This document shows positions 18,582-27,803 of a stretch of 48,323 nt of DNA, in pieces. This stretch comes from a virus. Its lineage: Duplodnaviria; Heunggongvirae; Uroviricota; Caudoviricetes. Each line of letters begins with the position of its first letter. Positions within the stretch are counted from its first letter, which is position 1. The position numbers and the translations under genes were made by a program. A model generated the notes under the pieces. The model saw only the letters and a list, made by a program, of their open reading frames with translations. It had not been told where the DNA came from and made no database searches. The stretch is from the IMG/VR virus record IMGVR_UViG_3300031419_000007; one strand, given 5' to 3'.

Positions 18582-19016
18582 ATGGCAACTTTAACCACCC
18601 AAATGGTCCGTGACTACCTGGCGGACTCGAAGGAAAACAACCACTTGCTGGACGACATCGAGTTCTCTGATGCTCGTATCCGTTTGGCAATCGAGCTGGC
18701 CCTGAGCGATTTCAACGCTATGCCACCAAAGTCGGTATTCCAAGCGCTGGACTTCCCATACATGGCGACGTTGCTGGACGGCACGTGCTACCACATTTTT
18801 CGTGGCCAAATGGCACTTGCAGCCCGTAACACCATGTCGTACAGTGACGGTGGGATCGACATCCCGATCGAAGAACGCTTCCCGTACTACACGCAGATGA
18901 TGCAGATGTTCGGCGAGCAGTTCAAAGCGTCGGCCGCCCGCGAAAAGATCCAGCTGAACCTGGAATCTGGATGGGACTCCGTCTCGTCAGACTACTCAAC
19001 TTTCCCAGCGTGGTAA
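18582..19016 (+). CDS. Putative head-tail adaptor (neck protein)
   Basis: 144 aa, helical, begins MATLTTQMVRDYL; lies between head and tail genes. Confidence 0.55.
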   Translation: MATLTTQMVRDYLADSKENNHLLDDIEFSDARIRLAIELALSDFNAMPPKSVFQALDFPYMATLLDGTCYHIFRGQMALAARNTMSYSDGGIDIPIEERFPYYTQMMQMFGEQFKASAAREKIQLNLESGWDSVSSDYSTFPAW

Positions 19017-19019
19017 TCT

Positions 19020-19910
19020 ATGTTCCCAGTAAACGTATCTTGGCTTAACTTTACCGGCTTCACTGAAGTCGATACAGTCGTGGGTGACGAACTGGGGTAC
19101 TTTGACGTACGTATCAACTTTTTCCCCGATTGGTTCCAATCAATCCGTATGGACTGGGAGGTTCCCGGGGAAATGTTGGATCTGAACCCGAAGTTTCGTG
19201 TCATGGTGTCCGAGTCTGAAGAAGGCCCGTTCCGCGAAACGACGGCACAATGGTCCAGTGACCCGTTCGTCACGGTGACCAACACGTTCGATTCCTCAAA
19301 GTTTGGCCGTGAATTCTACGTGCTGCAAGTCCTGCTCTCTGACGGGCGAATCCTGAAGTCGGCACCACAGGTCATCGGGAACCGCTTGCCCCGCTGGCAG
19401 TTCCTCCGCTGGAAGGAGATCACCCGCCGCGAGTGGATCATGTTGGACAAATTCTACGGGGTGGAGTGTGTGATTTTCCGCCGCAAGGAGTATGGCCAAC
19501 GGTGTTCTTACTGCTGGGACAGCAAGAATGAGAAAGTCACCCGGGATCACTGTGAGCACTGCTTCGGCACGAGCTACGAAGGTGGTTTCTACAAAGGGAT
19601 TTCTCAGCTCCTGCAATTCAACCAGTGGGCCGGCACGAAGAGCAACACGTATTTCGGCAAGTATGAGCCCAACCAGGTCATGGCATGGACGATGAACTAC
19701 CCAACGATCAAGCCGCATGATATCATCATTCGACTGACCGACTACACGGTGTTCCGGGTAGAAATGACACAAAACACGACGGTGATGACGGTACCGCAGC
19801 GCCAGATCTTCAAGTTGACGCAGCTGTCCAAGACATCGATCGAAAACCGGTTGCTCCAGCGTGGCGGATGGTCGCCGCAGCGGGAAAGACCGTTACACAT
19901 TCACCAGTGA
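19020..19910 (+). CDS. Putative head closure/neck protein with a CxxC-CxxC zinc finger
   Basis: RCSYCWD...HCEHCFGTSYEGGF and PTIKPHDIIIR; neck position. Confidence 0.55.
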   Translation: MFPVNVSWLNFTGFTEVDTVVGDELGYFDVRINFFPDWFQSIRMDWEVPGEMLDLNPKFRVMVSESEEGPFRETTAQWSSDPFVTVTNTFDSSKFGREFYVLQVLLSDGRILKSAPQVIGNRLPRWQFLRWKEITRREWIMLDKFYGVECVIFRRKEYGQRCSYCWDSKNEKVTRDHCEHCFGTSYEGGFYKGISQLLQFNQWAGTKSNTYFGKYEPNQVMAWTMNYPTIKPHDIIIRLTDYTVFRVEMTQNTTVMTVPQRQIFKLTQLSKTSIENRLLQRGGWSPQRERPLHIHQ

Positions 19911-19917
19911 GGTTAAA

Positions 19918-19998
19918 ATGCAATCATATATTGGTTACGGCGAAGGTATCTCTCAGGAAGAAGACTGGGGTGTTTTCTCAGGTTTCGGTGAGGGCTAA
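19918..19998 (+). CDS. Micropeptide 1, MQSYIGYGEGISQEEDWGVFSGFGEG (26 aa)
   Basis: SD GAGG; shares EE[DN]W[GD]V with the next two small ORFs. Confidence 0.55.
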   Translation: MQSYIGYGEGISQEEDWGVFSGFGEG

Positions 19999-20000
19999 GC

Positions 20001-20054
20001 ATGCAGGATGAACGACCGGACTTAATCACTAACGAGGAGAACTGGGATGTTTGA
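20001..20054 (+). CDS. Micropeptide 2, MQDERPDLITNEENWDV (17 aa)
   Basis: SD GAGG 7 nt upstream; shared motif. Confidence 0.5.
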   Translation: MQDERPDLITNEENWDV

Positions 20055-20118
20055 TGAATTCGATGGATTTGACGAGCACCCTGACTTCATCCGCGGTGAA
20101 GAGGATTGGGGAGTCTAA
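20047..20118 (+). CDS. Micropeptide 3, MFDEFDGFDEHPDFIRGEEDWGV (23 aa)
   Basis: SD GAGGAG; shared motif; stop abuts the ATG of the next gene. Confidence 0.55.
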   Translation: MFDEFDGFDEHPDFIRGEEDWGV

Positions 20119-20700
20119 ATGGCTATCAACTTCACGCCGCTGAAAGTCGTCAGCATGTTCCGTGATAGCCTGCGGGTCTGGTTCCGTCAGTACGGCGGGC
20201 CAGATTTCGCGTGGGATCCTGATGTGAAGAAGAATCAGATCTGGATCGGCACGGTAAACGACTATAATAGTAATGAAGCCAATCAGAAAATGCCGCGTAT
20301 TCTTTGTCAACGTGGTTCCGTCCAGCAGAACGTTCAGTTCATCAACAACAGCGAGGAAGTGGTGGAAGGTACGCCGCAAGAACCTGTTAAGAAAATGCGT
20401 ATGGACCTGAACGGATCGATCACCGTCATCGTTGAAGCCGATAATGAAGGGAGCTGTGAAGCTCTTGGTGAAGCAGTCCGCCGTTTCGTCACCCGTAACC
20501 GCCCGATGTTCGAGGAAGAGTTTGGGTTCCAACGCTTCGGATGGCAGATCATGGTTTCTGAGTGTCAAGCTGACACAGAAGACAAAGAGAAATTTAAAAT
20601 ACAGGTACAGATGCCGTACATCGTTGAGGATCGCTGGAACTATAAACCAGATGCAGTGCTCCTTAAGCAGATCGTCGGTGATGTACGTGTAACCAAATAA
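20119..20700 (+). CDS. Putative tail terminator/completion protein
   Basis: 193 aa with KMPRILCQRG; immediately before the sheath gene. Confidence 0.55.
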   Translation: MAINFTPLKVVSMFRDSLRVWFRQYGGPDFAWDPDVKKNQIWIGTVNDYNSNEANQKMPRILCQRGSVQQNVQFINNSEEVVEGTPQEPVKKMRMDLNGSITVIVEADNEGSCEALGEAVRRFVTRNRPMFEEEFGFQRFGWQIMVSECQADTEDKEKFKIQVQMPYIVEDRWNYKPDAVLLKQIVGDVRVTK

Positions 20701-20718
20701 CCAGTGAGGAAAGCATAA

Positions 20719-22839
20719 ATGGCTTACAGAAAACCCAGTACCGCTGTGTACCAAGAGTTGCAAAACTCTGGCGGAGCAGCTTCGGCTACTCCAGACCTGC
20801 AGACGGTCATTATCGGTCCGCTTTACAATGAAGTGAAGATCGACCCGACTGATGAAACCTCCCTGGCAAACGCCAAAGGGACGGACGTCGCTCATTGGCT
20901 GGAAGCGGGTGAAGCCCGTAAGATGATCGAGATCGCGATCAACGGTGGTTCTACCTACCCAGGTCAGAAAGTCGTTGATGACGAGAGCATTCGTCTGTAC
21001 CTGATGAACGTCCAAGTGAAAACCTACTCGTTCACCATGCCGTCTCTGAGCTTTGTTGAGCCAGCGACTTCAGCACAGTTCGTTGCAGACGTGTCTGCGG
21101 TTCAGTTCGGTTTTGCCGATAACAACCCGCTGGCATCTCTGGCTTTCGGTGACAAGACGGCTCACGTCAAGTCTGGCGACCTGCTGATCGCAACCAACGG
21201 CACCCTGACTGTTGAGACCACCATCTCTGCAGTAAGCCTGTCTGGTAACAAACTGACTGTCAGCGTGACTGACTCTCTGAGCGCTCTGGGTGGTTCTACG
21301 CCGGTGACTTTCGAAGTCTACCGTCTGCAGACCGGCCTGGAACTGAACATCTTCCGTGTTAACGCACAGGATGTTGACGTTTCGCAGATGCTGCTGGGCC
21401 AGGAAGTCCTGAAGATTTCCAACCAGTACCAAGTGCTGAACACGCCGGTTGCCGGCGACGGTTCGTACACCCTGCGTTCACCGGCTCAGTCTGCTGGTGG
21501 TGCTGTGACTCAGACTTACGTGGGCTACCGTGCTCTGCGTACCGACAAGTCACGTGAGATCCTGACGATCGAACAGACTCCAGGCGACCTGGTGTCAAAA
21601 CTGGGTGCAGCAACCAGCTCTAACCCGCTGGCGCTGGGCGTAAGCATCGCTCAGAAGAACACCACGACCAGCCTGCGTGCTGTGGCGATCGAAGAAGATA
21701 CCGTTGAGGCGTACCAGTCTGCTCTGCAGCTGATCCAAACCGAACGTCTGTACTCTGTGATCCCACTGACGTCGAAGATGGAAGTGCTGACCATGGTTGA
21801 AGCCCACGTTAAGCAGCTGTCTGGTCCGGAAGAAGCCATGTGGCGTATCGGTATCCTGTCATCTGACCCAAGCGACGTCCTGAACCTGGGTGTCTTCAAT
21901 GGCTCTTACGCCATCAAGAAGAGCTCAATCGGTGACTCAGCTGGCCGTCACAACATGATCCTGAGCGTTCCAGGTGCAACCTTCCTGAACGACGGTATCG
22001 AGCCGGGCGACATGTTAAGCATCGTGACCGCTGACGACGCGAGCATCCAGGGTACGTTCAAGATCGACACGATCTACTCGAACACCACCATCGGTATCAA
22101 AGCCGGCCTGGCAGGTGAAACGGGTTACATCCCGGAAGTGGAAACTAACGTGACCAAGTTCGAGATCGTTCGCAACCTGGACCACACCAGCAAGGCACGT
22201 AACATTGCGGCTATCTCAGGCACCTTCAAGAGCAACCGTGTGATTCACATCATGCCTTGCTTGGTCGGTATCACTGAGAACGGGACTGTGAAGTACCTGC
22301 CGTCGTACTACCTGGCGTGTGCTGTAGGTGGAATGGTAGCTGGTTTCCCAATCCAGCAGGGCCTGACCAACCTGACCGTTGCGGGCATCGACTCGCTGCA
22401 GGGAAGTAACTTCTACTTCTCGAAGGACGATCTGAACACCATGGCTGCGGCCGGTACGATGATCTTCGTTCAGGATACACAGTCGGCTGCACCGTACTGC
22501 CGCCACGAGCTGACCACTGACATGAGCGTGCTGGAATACCGCGAGCTCCTGAAGGTGAAAAACTGGGATTACCTGTCGTACTTCTACAAGGACATCCTGG
22601 ATCCGTTCATCGGTAACTGGAACATCGTTGATGACACGATCCGCGTGATCCGTCAGACAGTGATCTCCGCTTCCGAGAACCTGAAGGCTCAGAAGCTGCC
22701 ACGTATCGGAGCACCGCTGGTGTCATACAGCATTGATACCCTGGCTCAGGACGCGACCACGAAGGACAAGATCAACCTGATCATGAAAATCGCGATCGTC
22801 GACCCGAACAACTACACCGATGTTCACCTGGTGATCTAA
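20719..22839 (+). CDS. Tail sheath protein
   Basis: MAYRKPSTAVYQE N-terminus; YLACAVGG, GLTN, DLNTMAAAG; C-terminal DKINLIMKI...PNNYTDVHLVI typical of contractile sheaths; followed by the tube gene. Confidence 0.85.
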   Translation: MAYRKPSTAVYQELQNSGGAASATPDLQTVIIGPLYNEVKIDPTDETSLANAKGTDVAHWLEAGEARKMIEIAINGGSTYPGQKVVDDESIRLYLMNVQVKTYSFTMPSLSFVEPATSAQFVADVSAVQFGFADNNPLASLAFGDKTAHVKSGDLLIATNGTLTVETTISAVSLSGNKLTVSVTDSLSALGGSTPVTFEVYRLQTGLELNIFRVNAQDVDVSQMLLGQEVLKISNQYQVLNTPVAGDGSYTLRSPAQSAGGAVTQTYVGYRALRTDKSREILTIEQTPGDLVSKLGAATSSNPLALGVSIAQKNTTTSLRAVAIEEDTVEAYQSALQLIQTERLYSVIPLTSKMEVLTMVEAHVKQLSGPEEAMWRIGILSSDPSDVLNLGVFNGSYAIKKSSIGDSAGRHNMILSVPGATFLNDGIEPGDMLSIVTADDASIQGTFKIDTIYSNTTIGIKAGLAGETGYIPEVETNVTKFEIVRNLDHTSKARNIAAISGTFKSNRVIHIMPCLVGITENGTVKYLPSYYLACAVGGMVAGFPIQQGLTNLTVAGIDSLQGSNFYFSKDDLNTMAAAGTMIFVQDTQSAAPYCRHELTTDMSVLEYRELLKVKNWDYLSYFYKDILDPFIGNWNIVDDTIRVIRQTVISASENLKAQKLPRIGAPLVSYSIDTLAQDATTKDKINLIMKIAIVDPNNYTDVHLVI

Positions 22840-22845
22840 CGGTCT

Positions 22846-22866
22846 GGGCCCTTCGGGGCCCTTTTT
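22846..22866 (+). terminator. Intrinsic terminator
   Basis: gggccc-ttcg-gggccc-ttttt. Confidence 0.9.
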
Positions 22867-22883
22867 CAAGAAGGGTTGATACC

Positions 22884-23243
22884 ATGACGCTGAAGAAATT
22901 AGCGGAAGCTCACTTAGAGCTTCACAAAAAGCACGGCTTTAAGTCGAAAGACTACTGGCACCACGACGAAGATCAACACAATGATCAGTTATCGAAAAAG
23001 AACCTGAGTAAGGGCAGCACGCATGTCGCTATGGCGGCAATCGGGTCTATCCCAGGTATGTTGCTGAAGAAACACCGTGGTGCCGCCATAGCCGCTGGGG
23101 CTGTAGCAGGTGCACTCGCCGGCGGACCGGTGTATCGCCGAGTGCAGGCCAACCTGGATGACCGTATTAAACGCCGCAAGGCTTTAATGCATGATCTGCG
23201 TAAACGTGACAAGATCGATGTCTGGTCTCGCGGTAAACTCTAA
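22884..23243 (+). CDS. Small basic glycine-zipper protein
   Basis: Begins MTLKKLA (KxA); His/Lys-rich; AIAAGAVAGALAGG. Confidence 0.6.
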   Translation: MTLKKLAEAHLELHKKHGFKSKDYWHHDEDQHNDQLSKKNLSKGSTHVAMAAIGSIPGMLLKKHRGAAIAAGAVAGALAGGPVYRRVQANLDDRIKRRKALMHDLRKRDKIDVWSRGKL

Positions 23244-23266
23244 AGAGTTAACAAGAGGATTTAAAC

Positions 23267-23959
23267 ATGGCTACTCCAAATGACGCACTGGGCGTCGCTA
23301 CCGACAACGAAGGTCTGTCGGCTGCTTGGGACTGGAAAGGTGAATACGTTGACGGTCTTGCCAGTGGTGACGGTCTTGAGCGTTTCTCTCAAGGTTCTGC
23401 TACCCCTGATACGACCATCCTGTTCGCTGGTCCCGCTCGTTTTACCGGTATCGGTAGCAACACCAAAAAGCTGCATCCAATCGGTCTGATCGATGGTTTC
23501 AGCTTCTCGAGCTCTGCACAGCTGCAGCGTATGTTCGAGATCGGTTCTAACCGTTCGTTCTTCACCCGTGGTAAGACGATCAGTCAGATCCAGATCAGCT
23601 CTATGATCGCCGACCAACAGAACCTGCTGAAGGTCCTGACTCAGGAAGCGTACAACAGCAACTCTCTGTTGGCGGGTAAATACACGCTGGACGCACAGGG
23701 AACCAAAGCCGCTGGTGTCAGCAACCTGTATCTGAACCTGGACTCGGAAATGATGGGCGTACCGTTCGGTATGCTGATGCTGTTCAAAACCAAAGGTTCC
23801 GAGGGTGCTTCTGGCCTCCGCGGTAAAATCTTAGGTGCAGCCTACCTCGAGTACTGCATGCTGTCTGGCTGGCAGTTCAACGTCCAGTCACAGGCTCCGG
23901 TTATCCAGGAGAACGTGCAGATCGAGTTCGACCGTGCGGTCCCAGTTGACCTGCAATAA
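23267..23959 (+). CDS. Tail tube protein
   Basis: PIGLIDGFSFS...QRMFEIGS...YLEYCMLSGWQFN...VIQENVQIEFDR; near the sheath gene; highly biased codons. Confidence 0.75.
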   Translation: MATPNDALGVATDNEGLSAAWDWKGEYVDGLASGDGLERFSQGSATPDTTILFAGPARFTGIGSNTKKLHPIGLIDGFSFSSSAQLQRMFEIGSNRSFFTRGKTISQIQISSMIADQQNLLKVLTQEAYNSNSLLAGKYTLDAQGTKAAGVSNLYLNLDSEMMGVPFGMLMLFKTKGSEGASGLRGKILGAAYLEYCMLSGWQFNVQSQAPVIQENVQIEFDRAVPVDLQ

Positions 23960-23974
23960 CGGTAAGTGATCAAG

Positions 23975-23997
23975 AAAGGGCCTCCGGGCCCTTTTTT
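23975..23997 (+). terminator. Intrinsic terminator
   Basis: aaagggcc-tccg-ggcccttt-ttt. Confidence 0.85.
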
Positions 23998-24011
23998 ATT
24001 GGGAGAAGAAA

Positions 24012-25121
24012 ATGTTCAACTTAGCAAGATCCCCTGGCGGTTCCTCAGCCCTTTTCTACGAAGCGTTCGTAGCCGGCGTTGACTTGAAGCGCCACGAGTG
24101 CAAGATCCGTACGGACTACGGCCAGACGATCAACGGTGTTCGCTGGCTAAAAGAAGGCGGTGCCGACGGGTACGGTGAGAACAAAGCTCCGACTGAGCGT
24201 TCTCGCGTGTTGGTCATGCGTCTGGGTGCATCCCACATCATTATGGGCTCACTGGGCGTGATCACTAACGACAACATCCGGGCGACCGGGCCGGCGATCG
24301 GTAAGCAAGGGTCCCCGAGCATTGAGCCTGGGAACTACTCCGTTTCACAGTCATCCAGCATTGCCGGTGATCAATCCTCTCCGGCCGATCAACGAGTCGG
24401 GGACTGGACGCGTACGTCTCACGGCGGCGGTATGATTGCCCTGCTGCGTGCCGGTACCGTCATGATGAAAGCCTCACCCACCAGCATGCTGATGCTCTCC
24501 CCGTTTGACGATCTGGGCCGCTTGGTGACCCGTAACTGGGAGCATTTCACCGACGTGGACAGCACCCGCAAGGTCTCCTCCGGTGGTGCGGTGTCGATGA
24601 CCCACGAGGTCTTCCCAACGTCGGCCCGAGCACGTTCCGAGCTGCCATCTATGCGGGAAGTTCGCGGTGGGGCTGACGCCGTCGGGGATGCCGGAGGGAT
24701 CGCTCGCCGCCAGACTTTTGATGACGGTGGCACCATGACGTCACAGCAGACGGAGTACACCAACGGCCGTAAGCACCAGCTGGTTCAGACGGGCGGAAGC
24801 ATCGTTGAGACGGACACCACAATCACCGGGCATTTCACCAAGGTTCACGGTGGTGACAAGACGTACTTCAACATGGGGGAATCTTCCGTTCACCTGGACG
24901 TCGCCGGCGACATGACCGTTGATATGAACAAGGACGCGATCTCCATCAAGGCGGCCGACGGAGTTGAGATCACGTGGAACCGCGGTGGCAAGCTTCAAGT
25001 GAAGACCTCCGGGGATGCAGACTTCAACATCGGCGGGAATCTTACCTTTGGCGCCCAGAGTGTCACGTACAACGTGTCGGGTGTGTACAAAGTTAACGCG
25101 GCGGCGATTGAACTTGGGTAA
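24012..25121 (+). CDS. Baseplate central spike (gpV/gp5-like)
   Basis: N-terminal OB-fold-like segment (VAGVDLKRHECKI...VRWL...P..SRVLV...IIMG); C-terminal short beta-strand repeats ending AAAIELG; followed by a PAAR gene. Confidence 0.75.
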   Translation: MFNLARSPGGSSALFYEAFVAGVDLKRHECKIRTDYGQTINGVRWLKEGGADGYGENKAPTERSRVLVMRLGASHIIMGSLGVITNDNIRATGPAIGKQGSPSIEPGNYSVSQSSSIAGDQSSPADQRVGDWTRTSHGGGMIALLRAGTVMMKASPTSMLMLSPFDDLGRLVTRNWEHFTDVDSTRKVSSGGAVSMTHEVFPTSARARSELPSMREVRGGADAVGDAGGIARRQTFDDGGTMTSQQTEYTNGRKHQLVQTGGSIVETDTTITGHFTKVHGGDKTYFNMGESSVHLDVAGDMTVDMNKDAISIKAADGVEITWNRGGKLQVKTSGDADFNIGGNLTFGAQSVTYNVSGVYKVNAAAIELG

Positions 25122-25413
25122 GCGAGTGGCACTTCAGGGGACTTTAACGGCGGGAATCACAGGATGGTCCCGTGTCGCCCTGTACCAGAACCCGGCGGCG
25201 GCCAAAGTCACGATCAACGGGCGTCAAGCCCTGAAGGTCGGCTCCGGCGGGGAAGAACACCACAAGGATGATCGAGATCGGCCATGCTACGTGCTCGGGG
25301 CGTCGGGGAAAGTGAAGATCAACGGTGAGTACGTGGCCCGGGAAGGAGATCCGGTTTCTGACGGCGACGTGCTCTCAGGTGACGGGGCGTCGAGCAACGT
25401 GACCTTCGGGTGA
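25114..25413 (+). CDS. PAAR-like spike tip protein
   Basis: Likely TTG start; KVTINGRQALKVG, KVKINGEYVAREGD, ASSNVTFG. Confidence 0.8.
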   Translation: MGKRVALQGTLTAGITGWSRVALYQNPAAAKVTINGRQALKVGSGGEEHHKDDRDRPCYVLGASGKVKINGEYVAREGDPVSDGDVLSGDGASSNVTFG

Positions 25414-25510
25414 GCCAGCGTCATCCTCAGGCGTTTTCTGGCTAAAAACGGGCTGACCTACGTCCTACCCTGCAGAAGCGCTTACAGAGCGTCTGAGGGC
25501 GTTCTAAAAG

Positions 25511-25528
25511 AGGGGGCAATTGCCCCCT
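25511..25528. terminator. Perfect 18-bp palindrome between convergent operons (candidate bidirectional terminator)
   Basis: agggggcaa|ttgccccct flanked by A/T runs. Confidence 0.55.
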
Positions 25529-25609
25529 TAAGTTTTAGTCAAGGTGTCGGTCAGATGGGTAGTTCATCTCACTTTCTGAAGCTGTTAACATTAGCTTATC
25601 CTTATACTA

Positions 25610-25726
25610 TTAGAGGAGCCCCACACGGATTCCCATTCGGGCAATGTGTGAAGCAATCAGCCGGATTATCACAAGATAACGCGGCAGGGTCATAACTCGC
25701 ATTTTGGGCATCAGTGCACCAAACAT
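25610..25726 (-). CDS. Possible 38-aa basic hydrophobic peptide (MFGALMPKMRVMTLPRYLVIIRLIASHIARMGIRVGLL)
   Basis: SD AGGAG upstream; continues the minus-strand operon. Confidence 0.35.
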   Translation of the reverse strand: MFGALMPKMRVMTLPRYLVIIRLIASHIARMGIRVGLL

Positions 25727-25752
25727 AATCGATCTCCTATTTCCGTTACACT

Positions 25753-26187
25753 TTACTTATACCAGCTTTCCGAGCGGATTAGCATAACGGGTTTCGAGTT
25801 AGGATCGTGCAACGTGGCCAAGACCGCCAGGAGTTGAATGTAATTATCTTGGTCGAGTTCAATCTCCGGGCCACCCAACCCACGCTGCTCCAGTAGGGTT
25901 AAGACACCACCGAACCACCAGAACGTGCCCGTGCAGAAATGGGCGTACACTTGGTCCATCAAGCGAGCACAGAAGTCCACGGTCGGCTTCTGCAGGTCTT
26001 CAAGGTCGTCAATCGTGAAGCGACGGTCTTCATCGAACACGAGTGTCGTTGACTCGAAGCATTCCAGGTCATCTTGCTGGAGTAAGCGGTTAAGCATTTC
26101 ATCTCTCGAGACCGAACCGATCAGTGGCATCCTGAGGCCGAGTTCCGGGAGAGTATATAATTGGGGTTTTACGTTTTCTGGGGTCAT
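25753..26187 (-). CDS. Hypothetical protein (144 aa)
   Basis: ORF in the minus-strand operon; no recognised motif. Confidence 0.65.
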   Translation of the reverse strand: MTPENVKPQLYTLPELGLRMPLIGSVSRDEMLNRLLQQDDLECFESTTLVFDEDRRFTIDDLEDLQKPTVDFCARLMDQVYAHFCTGTFWWFGGVLTLLEQRGLGGPEIELDQDNYIQLLAVLATLHDPNSKPVMLIRSESWYK

Positions 26188-26200
26188 GATGATCTCAACT

Positions 26201-26223
26201 AAAAAGGGGCCCGGTAGAGCCCC
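26201..26223 (-). terminator. Intrinsic terminator (minus strand)
   Basis: Minus strand reads ggggctc-tacc-gggcccc-ttttt. Confidence 0.6.
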
Positions 26224-26229
26224 ATAGTA

Positions 26230-27126
26230 TTACTTCAGATTGCCAAAGAGGTCAATCTCTACTGCCGTCCGCTTGGCGTTTTCTTCCGCCAGGCAGTCTT
26301 CGTAGATACCCACGATCTCAGAAACGACCGGGGCGAACTCCACGGCGTGCGTCAGTTCACCGTGCAGGATCGCAATGGTGCTGACACCGGCATAGATAGT
26401 CTGGTTTTCGAAACGCACGTCATGCTGGAATGCATCTAGAGCCAGACGGTTACGCAGGATAACCTGGGCAATATAGGCATCTTCGTAATCCAGGCAGTAC
26501 GCCGCAAAGTACAGATCTTTCAGGTTGAACAGGATTTCACCGTTCTCTTCATCCTGCAGAACGCGGATCAGATTACCAGCGAACTTCAGCTGCGGGAGAT
26601 TGCTGCGAATACCGGTTGCGACCGCCGCTTCCTGAACACTGTCGGATTCCATCCAGCTCGGAGTATCCTTGAACAGTTCAGCTGCCGGCAGCGCCGGACG
26701 AGACGGAGTGGTAAAGCCTTGTGAAACAGGGATTTCCAGTTGGGTTTCCTGTCCGTCCTGACCGGAGGCCAGTTCTTCCACTTCTTCCTGGAAACCGTTG
26801 GATTGCAACTTCAGGACGCCGCCCTGATAGTTGTCGATCTGCTGGGCAATACGGGCAACCACTTCATCCCAGTCGTTATCGAACAGGTCGTTAAAGATCA
26901 GGACTGCAGTAGCGCCGTCGACATACAGGACGTCATCCTGGATGGTTGCGTACTTGTCGTCTGCGTCCATCAGATCAGCGTATTCGTCACCATGCTCACG
27001 CTCGATAACGTCCAGGCACTCGCTCTGGATGGTATCATCCTCTTCAGTGATCTGGCGGATCAGCTGCAGGATATCGATCTTGTTGCCAAACGTGTTGAAG
27101 AAGTTACCGCCAATAAACAGGTTCAT
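26230..27126 (-). CDS. Highly acidic hypothetical protein (298 aa)
   Basis: SD AAGGA; Asp/Glu-rich; phage-typical codon bias. Confidence 0.8.
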   Translation of the reverse strand: MNLFIGGNFFNTFGNKIDILQLIRQITEEDDTIQSECLDVIEREHGDEYADLMDADDKYATIQDDVLYVDGATAVLIFNDLFDNDWDEVVARIAQQIDNYQGGVLKLQSNGFQEEVEELASGQDGQETQLEIPVSQGFTTPSRPALPAAELFKDTPSWMESDSVQEAAVATGIRSNLPQLKFAGNLIRVLQDEENGEILFNLKDLYFAAYCLDYEDAYIAQVILRNRLALDAFQHDVRFENQTIYAGVSTIAILHGELTHAVEFAPVVSEIVGIYEDCLAEENAKRTAVEIDLFGNLK

Positions 27127-27134
27127 GATTTTCC

Positions 27135-27602
27135 TTACAGCCAGTAGGCTTGTGGGTTTGTAGTATAGGTGTAGAGATCGACTTCAGCCAGCGGATCAAC
27201 CACTGGTTCAGCCACAGGTGCTTCAACGACCATGGTAGCGTAGCGTTCGGCGAGCGTAGCGAACTCTTCTACTCGGTTGCCGAGAATGACGCGGCCACGA
27301 GACACTTCGTCAATGTTCACTTCAATGGCCTTCTTACGGGCCATCATGATGATACCGTCCGATAACAAACCGGGGAACTTGCGGAGGAACAGACGTCCGC
27401 CGATGACCTCAGTTTTGATCGGGTAGTAACAGAACGTTGGGATGGGTGGTGTCCCAGGCATACCGTTCTCATGATCAACGGTAACGAAATAGTTCACTTT
27501 GTTTTCAAGTGTCCGGCTGATAAAACTGGGCTTTTCTCCGAAGGGGTTAATCTTCAGGTTGCCCATATCTTGAAAGCTGAACACACTTCCGACTTTTTCC
27601 AC
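27135..27602 (-). CDS. Hypothetical protein (155 aa)
   Basis: GTG start after AGGGGG; first clear gene downstream of the 27775-27803 promoter. Confidence 0.7.
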   Translation of the reverse strand: MEKVGSVFSFQDMGNLKINPFGEKPSFISRTLENKVNYFVTVDHENGMPGTPPIPTFCYYPIKTEVIGGRLFLRKFPGLLSDGIIMMARKKAIEVNIDEVSRGRVILGNRVEEFATLAERYATMVVEAPVAEPVVDPLAEVDLYTYTTNPQAYWL

Positions 27603-27774
27603 AGTTCCCCCTTATAACCAATGACGTTTGATTGCTTCACGAACGATGATTGCTGAGATAGCCTGAATAGCAGCCAAAAAATGAACCAAAGTAATACGAC
27701 ACAGCATTCTTCCTCCAAGATGACACGGAATCGTCTCCTATCCACAATGATAGGGCTAGGTGCCACCCATGTTA

Positions 27775-27803
27775 GTTATACCTGAGTACGCTTAAATATT
27801 GAA
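27775..27803 (-). promoter_or_regulatory. Candidate early/middle promoter TTCAAT-N17-TATAAC
   Basis: Minus strand TTCAATATTTaagcgtactcaGGTATAAC; near-identical to the element at 35381-35409. Confidence 0.65.

Noticed and set aside
20029-21015. Long antisense ORF (328 aa), and similar ones such as 35783-36766, 10211-10819 and 33095-33658
   Set aside because: They are shadows of strongly codon-biased genes on the opposite strand, with no SD or protein-like motifs
27554-27766. 70-aa hydrophobic ORF on the minus strand
   Set aside because: Its start is at about the predicted transcription start with no SD, it overlaps the next gene by 49 nt, and codons are atypical; may be leader sequence, though a leaderless gene is not excluded
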